The notes below the pieces were generated by a model. The model ran no database searches. It saw only the letters and a program-made list of their open reading frames with translations, and had not been told where the DNA came from. A stretch of DNA of 31,234 bases from a virus (Duplodnaviria > Caudoviricetes): positions 1-31,234 of the IMG/VR virus record IMGVR_UViG_3300044522_000356; one strand, written 5' to 3'. Numbering within the stretch: position 1 is the stretch's first letter; each line of letters begins with the position of its first letter. Position numbers and translations under genes: made by a program. This document shows, in pieces, positions 1-7,118 of the stretch.

Positions 1-3000
1 GAGCCTGTTGGCCCTGCAATACCTTGAGCACCTGTTGGACCTGTAACACCGTCAACACCTATAGTGCCATTAGTACCTTGAGCACCTGTTGGACCTGTAA
101 CACCTGCTGATCCTGTGGGACCTTGAACCCCTTGAATACCTTGAATACCTTGAATACCTTGGACACCTTGAGCCCCTGTAGGACCTGCAGCACCTTGAGT
201 ACCTGTGGCTCCTTGAGCACCTGTAGGACCTGTTGCACCGTCACCCAGCATTTCACGTACTACTATTTCGTTACCAGTTTTAGGCGCTGTAATAAATGTT
301 AAAGTGCTACCGCTTAGTGTATAATCTGTTGTGGCTTTTAGTACAATACCATTTACAACAACTAAAAGACTATCTATAGTATATCCACTGTCAATTGCAA
401 AATTGACTGTAGTATTATCTCCAGTAAAGTTTTTAGTTGTAACAGTAAAAGGTAATCCTGTACCACTTGCACCTTGTGGACCTGTTGGACCAGTGCCGCC
501 TAGAATACCATTAGAACCTGCTGGACCTGTAGGACCTGCTATAGTTGATGCAGCACCTTGAGCACCTGTAGGGCCTGTGGAACCTGTTGGTCCAGTTGCT
601 CCGTCTAAGCCAGTTGTACCGTTAGTACCTTGTGGACCTGTTGGTCCTGTAACGCCTGCTGTACCTTGTGGCCCTGTTGGACCATCACCAGTTAATTCTC
701 GTACTACAATTTCGTCACCACTATAAGGAGTAACACCAAATGTTAGTGTAGTTCCAGTTAGCGTGTAATCTGTTGTGGGTTTAAGTAAAGATCCGTTGAT
801 TGTTACTAATATACTGTCTAGTGTATAACCACTATTAACAGTAAATGCTGCTGCACTACCATCACCAGTAAATGACTGAGTGGTCATTATAAAAGGAAAG
901 CCAGTACCAGATGGACCTTGTGGTCCTGTAGAACCTGTTGGGCCTAATGAACCTGTTGGTCCTGGTACTGTTGATGCAGCACCTGTAGTACCTTGTACAC
1001 CCTGTACACCTTGAATACCTTGAGGACCTGTAGGTCCCATATCACCTTGAATACCTTGAGAACCACTAGTACCTGTTGGACCTGCGGAACCTGTAGGACC
1101 TGCTACTGTAGAATCAGCACCTGTAGGTCCCACAATACCTTGTGTACCTTGAGCACCTGTGGGTCCTGCGTTACCTTGAACACCTTGAATACCTTGTGTA
1201 CCTTGAGAACCTGTGGGACCTGCAACGCCTTGTATACCTTGAGCACCTGTAGGACCAGTAGCCCCGTCAACACCGATAACACCGTTAGTACCTTGAGCGC
1301 CTGTAGGACCTTGTGAGCCTGTAGGACCTGTAGGACCCACAATACCTTGAATACCCTGTGAGCCTGTAGGCCCTGTAGCACCATCAACTCCGATAACACC
1401 GTTAGTACCTTGAGCACCTGTTGGGCCTGCAACGCCTTGTATACCTTGTATACCTTGTATACCTTGAATACCCTGTGAACCTGTAGGCCCTGTAGCACCA
1501 TCAACTCCGATAACACCGTTAGTACCTTGAGCTCCAGTAGGTCCTTGTGAACCTGTAGGTCCTACAATACCTTGAATTCCTTGAGCACCTGTAGGACCTG
1601 TAGCACCATCAACGCCTATAACGCCGTTAGTACCTTGAGCACCTGTAGGTCCTACAATACCCTGAATACCTTGAATACCCTGGATGCCTTGAATACCTTG
1701 CGCACCTGTAGGACCTGTAGCACCATCAACACCGATAACGCCGTCAACGCCTTGAGCACCTGTTGGACCTGTAACGCCTTGAATTCCTTGTGAACCTGTA
1801 GGTCCTGTAGCACCATCAACGCCTATAACGCCGTTAGTACCTTGAGCACCTGTAGGACCTGTGACGCCTTGGATACCTTGTGCACCTGTAGGTCCTGTAG
1901 CACCATCAACGCCTATAACGCCGTTAGTACCTTGAGCACCTGTTGGTCCTGTAACACCTTGAATACCTTGTGAACCTGTTTGTCCTTGTAGTCCGCTTGC
2001 TCCGCTAAGATCAATTGTATATGTATAGCTTGTGCCATTCCATAAATACAGTCTAGAATCTTCTGGATTTTCTACATTGCCAGTATTAATTACGGCAAAC
2101 TGACCTGCAACAATTCCTGTAGGGGCCGTATCCGCTGTTAGTGCAGCTACGCTTGCGTAAGTTTTTGCAATTGCAAATCCGAGTCCTGTAGCACCTGTAG
2201 GACCTGTAACGCCTTGAATACCTTGAATACCTTGGATGCCTTGGTCACCAGTAGGACCTGTAACGCCTTGAATACCTTGGATACCTTGTGCACCTGTAGG
2301 ACCTACTTCGCCTTGAATACCTTGAGCACCTGTAGGACCTGTAACGCCTTGAATACCTTGAATACCTTGGATACCTTGTGCACCTGTAGGACCTACTTCG
2401 CCTTGAATACCTTGAGCACCTGTAGGACCTGTTACACCTTGGATGCCTTGGTCACCTGTGGGGCCTACTTCGCCTTGAATACCTTGTACGCCCTGTGAAC
2501 CTGTAGGACCTACAATACCTTGAATACCTTGAGCGCCTGTAGGACCAGTAACACCTTGAATACCTTGGATGCCTTGTATGCCTTGGTCACCTGTAGGGCC
2601 TGTAACACCCTGAATACCTTGTATGCCTTGCGCACCTGTAGGACCTGTAACGCCCTGAATACCTTGTGCACCTGTTGGGCCGGTATCACCTTGCGTACCT
2701 TGAATACCTTGAGCACCTGTAGGGCCTACTTCGCCTTGTATACCTTGAGACCCTGTAGGACCTGTAACGCCTTGAATACCTTGAGCACCTGTAGGGCCTG
2801 TGACGCCTTGGATACCTTGAATACCCTGAATACCTTGATCGCCAGTAGGTCCTACAATGCCTTGAATACCTTGAGCACCTGTTGGACCTGTAACACCTTG
2901 TATACCCTGTATACCTGTTGGACCTACTTCACCTTGGATACCTTGTATACCCTGGATACCTTGAATACCTTGAGGACCTGTTGGTCCTACTTCGCCTTGA

Positions 3001-3372
3001 ATACCTTGAGCACCTGTTGGACCTGTAACGCCTTGGATACCTTGAATACCTTGAGCACCTGTTGGGCCTGTAACACCTTGTATACCTTGTGCACCTGTAG
3101 GACCTGTAGGACCTGTTACGCCCTGAATACCTTGTACACCTTGTACACCTTGAATACCTTGAGGACCTGTGGGACCTACTTCGCCTTGAATACCTTGGAT
3201 ACCTTGATCGCCTGTGGGGCCTTGTGGACCTTGTGGTCCGTCTACTCCAGCTACACCAGCGGGTCCTGTTGGTCCATCACCACCTTGTGGTCCTGGTTCC
3301 GTAGAGGCGTCACCTTGAACGCCTGATACACCTGCGGGTCCTGTAGGACCTGTTGGTCCAGTTGCTCCGTAG
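1..3372. repeat. Collagen-coding 9-bp-periodic repeat region with longer internal duplications
   Basis: Recurrent accttgaat, acctgtagg and accttgagc units. Longer near-identical blocks occur, e.g. ~1795-1860 vs ~1885-1950 and ~2252-2340 vs ~2342-2430. Confidence 0.9.
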
Positions 3373-4079
3373 CCAATACTTTGTCCATCAACTACTAAGA
3401 ATCCGCCTGAAGTTGAGAGCGGTACACCGCCTAGGTCAATTGTATTAGCAGCAACGTAAACAGTTCTCCAACGTTTCGAAGAAGAACCTAAGTCATATGT
3501 TTGATCTGTTGCAGGTATTAAACTGCCAGTAATAGCAGCAGGATTAATACCAGGATCGCCTGGATCACCTTTTGGACCTTGTATTCCTGTGCCAACCAAG
3601 TGTCCTGTTAGTTCTTTGATAACGATTTTTAGACCAGTAGGAGGTGCACTAACAAAAGTAATGTATCCACCAGCTACCGAGAAATCGGTATTGGCATCTT
3701 GTGCAATACCGCCTACAAATACTAAGAAACTTTCAGCAGTTATACCTGGTGTAACTATATATGTAGTAGTACTGTTATTACCAGTATAGTATCTGGTATT
3801 AGCATTAAAGGCAGTACCGCCTGGATTACCATTAACCCAGTTACTGCCGTTATATAATAGTGCCTGTCCATTGACAGGGCTTGAGACTGTTACGTCTGAT
3901 AAATTATCTAAGCTAATACTAGCTAAGTCTTTAAAAAACTTTACTGAATTATCAGATGCTTTAAAGTAAATTCTGCCATCAGCATAATTAATGGCTAACT
4001 CGCCATACTCGAGATCACTTGTAACAGGAACTTTACCTACTACCGATGATTTCTTAAGAATAATCTTATTTGTTGCCAT
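1..4079 (-). CDS. Giant collagen-like tail fibre protein, 3' partial (>=1359 aa), absent from the ORF track
   Basis: ATG at 4079 gives [40 protein letters not shown] (Mtd_N-like start). The same frame reads G-I-A-G-P-T-G at positions 23..3. About 300 Gly-X-Y triplets ([15 protein letters not shown]) are interrupted by globular modules. Confidence 0.92.
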   Translation of the reverse strand, partial: MATNKIILKKSSVVGKVPVTSDLEYGELAINYADGRIYFKASDNSVKFFKDLASISLDNLSDVTVSSPVNGQALLYNGSNWVNGNPGGTAFNANTRYYTGNNSTTTYIVTPGITAESFLVFVGGIAQDANTDFSVAGGYITFVSAPPTGLKIVIKELTGHLVGTGIQGPKGDPGDPGINPAAITGSLIPATDQTYDLGSSSKRWRTVYVAANTIDLGGVPLSTSGGFLVVDGQSIGYGATGPTGPTGPAGVSGVQGDASTEPGPQGGDGPTGPAGVAGVDGPQGPQGPTGDQGIQGIQGEVGPTGPQGIQGVQGVQGIQGVTGPTGPTGAQGIQGVTGPTGAQGIQGIQGVTGPTGAQGIQGEVGPTGPQGIQGIQGIQGIQGEVGPTGIQGIQGVTGPTGAQGIQGIVGPTGDQGIQGIQGIQGVTGPTGAQGIQGVTGPTGSQGIQGEVGPTGAQGIQGTQGDTGPTGAQGIQGVTGPTGAQGIQGIQGVTGPTGDQGIQGIQGIQGVTGPTGAQGIQGIVGPTGSQGVQGIQGEVGPTGDQGIQGVTGPTGAQGIQGEVGPTGAQGIQGIQGIQGVTGPTGAQGIQGEVGPTGAQGIQGIQGVTGPTGDQGIQGIQGIQGVTGPTGATGLGFAIAKTYASVAALTADTAPTGIVAGQFAVINTGNVENPEDSRLYLWNGTSYTYTIDLSGASGLQGQTGSQGIQGVTGPTGAQGTNGVIGVDGATGPTGAQGIQGVTGPTGAQGTNGVIGVDGATGPTGSQGIQGVTGPTGAQGVDGVIGVDGATGPTGAQGIQGIQGIQGIQGIVGPTGAQGTNGVIGVDGATGPTGAQGIQGIVGPTGSQGPTGAQGTNGVIGVDGATGPTGSQGIQGIQGIQGIQGVAGPTGAQGTNGVIGVDGATGPTGSQGIQGIVGPTGPTGSQGPTGAQGTNGVIGVDGATGPTGAQGIQGVAGPTGSQGTQGIQGVQGNAGPTGAQGTQGIVGPTGADSTVAGPTGSAGPTGTSGSQGIQGDMGPTGPQGIQGVQGVQGTTGAASTVPGPTGSLGPTGSTGPQGPSGTGFPFIMTTQSFTGDGSAAAFTVNSGYTLDSILVTINGSLLKPTTDYTLTGTTLTFGVTPYSGDEIVVRELTGDGPTGPQGTAGVTGPTGPQGTNGTTGLDGATGPTGSTGPTGAQGAASTIAGPTGPAGSNGILGGTGPTGPQGASGTGLPFTVTTKNFTGDNTTVNFAIDSGYTIDSLLVVVNGIVLKATTDYTLSGSTLTFITAPKTGNEIVVREMLGDGATGPTGAQGATGTQGAAGPTGAQGVQGIQGIQGIQGVQGPTGSAGVTGPTGAQGTNGTIGVDGVTGPTGAQGIAGPTG

Positions 4080-4099
4080 AGTTAGCCCTAAAAAGGAAT

Positions 4100-4123
4100 A
4101 GGGAAACTTATAGAAGTTTCCCT
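4100..4123 (-). terminator. Stem-loop between the two fibre genes (possible weak terminator)
   Basis: AGGGAAACTT-CTAT-AAGTTTCCCT followed by ATTCCTTTTT on the minus strand; the U-tract is offset from the stem. Confidence 0.45.
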
Positions 4124-4127
4124 TTTA

Positions 4128-5681
4128 TTAATACGCTCCGCCGTCAACTTGATAGATACTTACTGCACCCGAAGTGACTGAAAACTGTGTAGAGTCAAAA
4201 CTAGCTAAACCTTTAACACTTATTGTAGCCAAAGGAATTGCATTAGTACTTGCTGCAGTAATCAAACCCTTAGCATTAACCGTAAAGCTAGGCACTGTTA
4301 CTGAGTCTCCGTAGCTACCAACATTTGAATTAACTGTAGCTAATGTTAAAGCTGCTGAAACTGTTGCCGAACCATCAACACTTGTTAATGTAGCGGCTGC
4401 ATCACCAGTTAACGATAAGTTGCGAGCAGTTGCCCATGTACTAGCTGTTGTTGCATTACCACTTAAAGCACCGTAAACTGTACTAACTACTAAAGCTTTG
4501 TTTAAAGTCCAGCGATCATTACTTTGAGTATAAAGTAATGAAGGAGCAATAAATCCTGTGCCACTATTATTAACACCAACTAATAAACCTCCACTATCAG
4601 CTAAAACATCAGAGTTTGCATCTGGAGCTAGTTGTAAGTTTTTATCAGCAATTGTAACTGTTGTAGAATTTACAGTAGTAGTAGTACCTTTAACTGTTAA
4701 ATTTCCTTCAACTACTGCATTGCCGTTAACTTGAAGATCGAAGCCTGCAATATTACCAGTTGCTGTAATAGTAGTAGCCGATGTAATTGCGTTTGCACCT
4801 AGTGTTCCTGTTAAGGTCAAACTTGAAAAAGTTGCTGAACCTGACAATCCAATTGTAAGTGTATTTGTAGCGTTGTCAAAGGCGGTAGTAACACCGGTAG
4901 CAGCAGCAATAGTAAGTGTCTCGTCTAATAGATTTACTGAACCTACTGAACCACTACTACCAATAATACTTAATGTAGTAGCAACATTAGCAGTTGATAC
5001 ACTGGTTACTAAACCTTTTGCGTTAACTGTTATAACAGGGATTGATGTAGTTGACCCGTACTGAGTGCCGTTTGCATTAGCTGTTCCGTTGACATCTCGT
5101 AATGTAATTTGTGTAGTTGGATTACTACTACCATCTATACTAAAACTACCTGTTGCATCGGAAATGGTTTGACCAACTGTAGCAAAAGTAACTGTACGAG
5201 CAGTTAACCATTTACTAGCTGTTGCGGAATTACCAACCACAGCACCAGTATGAGTACCAGAAGTATCACCAATCACAGCACCAGTATGAGTGCCAGAAGT
5301 ATCACCAACCACATTTCCAGTATGAGTGCCAGAAGTATCACCAACCACATTTCCAGTATGAGTGCCAGAAGTATTACCAGTAATATCGCCTGATACGCTA
5401 CCTATAATATTTAAATAAGCTACGCCAGCACTACTACGCTTTACTAAAGTATTTGCTGTGTTTAAGTTAGTTGCTGCATCAATTGTATCAGTAAAGTATT
5501 TACCACCGATTACAACGTGATTTACAGCATTGCCAGCACTTTCAGTACCTGTACCAATGTATAAACGATCACCACCGTTTGACCCAGTATTTGGTAAAGC
5601 TGAGTAAGCTAGTTCACCTGCACCGAGTACGGCTGGGTTACCGCTTAACTCGCTACGTTTAATTCTTAAAATAGAAGCCAT
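4128..5681 (-). CDS. Tail fibre protein with Mtd_N-like N-terminus (517 aa)
   Basis: Starts LRIKRS..GNPAVLGAGELAY..DRLYIG. Contains fibre motifs GNxxTASxWxTAR and VNAKGL(V/I)T twice each. AAGGA RBS. Ends VDGGAY. Confidence 0.8.
   Translation of the reverse strand: MASILRIKRSELSGNPAVLGAGELAYSALPNTGSNGGDRLYIGTGTESAGNAVNHVVIGGKYFTDTIDAATNLNTANTLVKRSSAGVAYLNIIGSVSGDITGNTSGTHTGNVVGDTSGTHTGNVVGDTSGTHTGAVIGDTSGTHTGAVVGNSATASKWLTARTVTFATVGQTISDATGSFSIDGSSNPTTQITLRDVNGTANANGTQYGSTTSIPVITVNAKGLVTSVSTANVATTLSIIGSSGSVGSVNLLDETLTIAAATGVTTAFDNATNTLTIGLSGSATFSSLTLTGTLGANAITSATTITATGNIAGFDLQVNGNAVVEGNLTVKGTTTTVNSTTVTIADKNLQLAPDANSDVLADSGGLLVGVNNSGTGFIAPSLLYTQSNDRWTLNKALVVSTVYGALSGNATTASTWATARNLSLTGDAAATLTSVDGSATVSAALTLATVNSNVGSYGDSVTVPSFTVNAKGLITAASTNAIPLATISVKGLASFDSTQFSVTSGAVSIYQVDGGAY
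5232..5375. repeat. Four tandem 36-bp repeats encoding G(D/N)TSGTHTG(N/A)V(V/I)
   Basis: Unit accaaccaca(gca/ttt)ccagtatgagt(a/g)ccagaagtatc repeated four times, nearly identical. Confidence 0.92.
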
Positions 5682-5692
5682 GTTTGTATCCT

Positions 5693-5956
5693 TTAAAATT
5701 GACCGGACTCAAAAACTTGTTGATCCAACAAGTTTGTAGCAGTCCATTTTTCATTTCCGGCATTGTAAACTAATAAGCTTCCTGCCGCTAGTTGGGTTAA
5801 GTCTAAGTCTGACAACCCTTTTAACGTTGTAGCTGTGGGGCCAATCATGCCGCCTACAACTACTTTGGTTTGTGATTGCGAAGAAACAACAACAGGTTCC
5901 TTCTTTTCTATAATAACTGTATTATTAATTTCCGTTACGATTATTTCAGTTGTCAT
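5693..5956 (-). CDS. Small fibre adaptor-like structural protein (87 aa)
   Basis: Beta-rich N-terminus and an LKGLSDLD..GSLLVYN..KW fibre motif, similar to [19 protein letters not shown] in the collagen protein. ATGA overlap with the upstream gene. Confidence 0.7.
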   Translation of the reverse strand: MTTEIIVTEINNTVIIEKKEPVVVSSQSQTKVVVGGMIGPTATTLKGLSDLDLTQLAAGSLLVYNAGNEKWTATNLLDQQVFESGQF

Positions 5957-6549
5957 CTAGTAACCTCTTTAACCAAACTAATACTTCCGCTAAGGAAAGG
6001 TATTACGTTACCTTGATTATCTGTTAATTCGCAGGAATATACTGCTGCATCAAAGTTAAATGTTCCTGTTACAGCAGCACTAATTTTTAATGTAATTGTA
6101 AAGTTAACCGTATCTATAACAATGCCATTGTTAGCTGTTGTTAGTTCATGTAAGACTGTAGTAGACTCTAGTGTCTCACGGATTTGCATTTGTGCTGAAT
6201 AACCAGTAATAGGAATTGGTGTGTTATATTCTACAACTCCACCTGATGTATAAGCTCCGTAAGCTGCTGAATTAACCTGGTTTAGGGTTAATGTATTGGC
6301 TGTCTTACCCGTAACTAAATAATATGCATCATCACTAATAGTATTGATATCCTTCATGCCAGTTACACCAGTTACACGAACTCTCCAATTTAATGGGACA
6401 CCGTGAGCACTGCTAGTAGTAATTACGCAAGGAGCTGCATTGGTAATAGCAGTAATTGGAGCATATTGTTTTGTTTCTGACTCCCAGCGCAATGTCTCTG
6501 CAAAAGTACTGCCTTGGTAAATTTTATAACTAATCTTTGCTGGTTCCAT
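5953..6549 (-). CDS. Side-fibre collar protein (T5 p132/LtfC-like) with an inserted FCCH-like beta domain
   Basis: YQGSTF..W / ITGYSAQMQIR / AVYSCEL..LSGSISL..EVTR pattern of collar-type beta sandwiches, interrupted by AITNAAPCVITTSSAHG..YTSGG. Lies directly upstream of the fibre genes. Confidence 0.65.
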   Translation of the reverse strand: MEPAKISYKIYQGSTFAETLRWESETKQYAPITAITNAAPCVITTSSAHGVPLNWRVRVTGVTGMKDINTISDDAYYLVTGKTANTLTLNQVNSAAYGAYTSGGVVEYNTPIPITGYSAQMQIRETLESTTVLHELTTANNGIVIDTVNFTITLKISAAVTGTFNFDAAVYSCELTDNQGNVIPFLSGSISLVKEVTR

Positions 6550-6553
6550 TATT

Positions 6554-6904
6554 TTACCTTACTTTCTTTGCTGCTGCAAGTGTAGCCGACACTCTAAATT
6601 TATTTACTTCTTCTGTTAAAGCTACAACTTCGGTTTGTAGTTGCTGATTCTCAAGGCACAACTGTGCTAGTTGTGCGTTTAATAAAATCATTTCTTGCTG
6701 TAAGCGATTTAATTCGGTTGCTAGTAAGCCGTTCTGTTCGCTCATACGCTCTAGTTCTGTGTGCATTAAAGTAATAATGCTAGTTTCCGCACCAGTACTT
6801 TTCCAGTCTTTTAGCAGTTTCTGTATTCCAACTGAGAAAGCAACAACTGCTAACGCAACTAGTGAAACTGTCTGAATGACGCTGTGGTTATCTATCTCCA
6901 CCAT
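6554..6904 (-). CDS. Membrane-anchored coiled-coil protein (holin-like candidate, function uncertain)
   Basis: Hydrophobic segment VSLVALAVVAFSVGI, then a long heptad-like Leu/Gln helix and a basic C-terminus. Strong TAAGGAGA RBS. Confidence 0.7.
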   Translation of the reverse strand: MVEIDNHSVIQTVSLVALAVVAFSVGIQKLLKDWKSTGAETSIITLMHTELERMSEQNGLLATELNRLQQEMILLNAQLAQLCLENQQLQTEVVALTEEVNKFRVSATLAAAKKVR

Positions 6905-7027
6905 AATCAGATCTCCTTATTAGCAGTGGTTGTATATTTAATTATAATCTAAACGGCAAGTCCGCCCTTTAGATTGGGATAAAAGCTTGTCAAGAAAAAA
7001 TATTGAAACGTTCTGACATTTTGGTAT

Positions 7028-7056
7028 ATTATACCACAAGGGCGGGGTATTGTCAA
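7028..7056 (-). promoter_or_regulatory. Consensus sigma70 promoter with extended -10
   Basis: TTGACA-ataccccgcccttgtgg (17 nt)-TATAAT, with TG at the extended -10 position and a T-tract upstream. Confidence 0.88.
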
Positions 7057-7059
7057 TGC

Positions 7060-7093
7060 AAAAAAATACCCTGCCCAAAGAATGGACAGGGTA
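7060..7093 (-). terminator. Intrinsic terminator after the 1230-aa gene
   Basis: TACCCTGTCCA-TTCTT-TGGGCAGGGTA followed by a T run on the minus strand. Confidence 0.85.
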
Positions 7094-7118
7094 TAGTTTT
7101 TGCGAAGGTTTATGGTTA

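Noticed and set aside
1-3372. Repeats as a CRISPR array
   Set aside because: They are 9-bp-periodic coding repeats with no constant repeat plus unique spacer structure.
59-3789. Many VLQ/KVF- and TLNTL/TCR-rich ORFs in the track
   Set aside because: Alternative-frame and antisense shadows of the periodic collagen gene; no RBS.
3950-5681. Diversity-generating retroelement suggested by the Mtd_N-like domains
   Set aside because: No reverse transcriptase and no template/variable repeat pair seen in the window; Mtd_N-like domains occur on many fibres. It cannot be excluded beyond the left edge.
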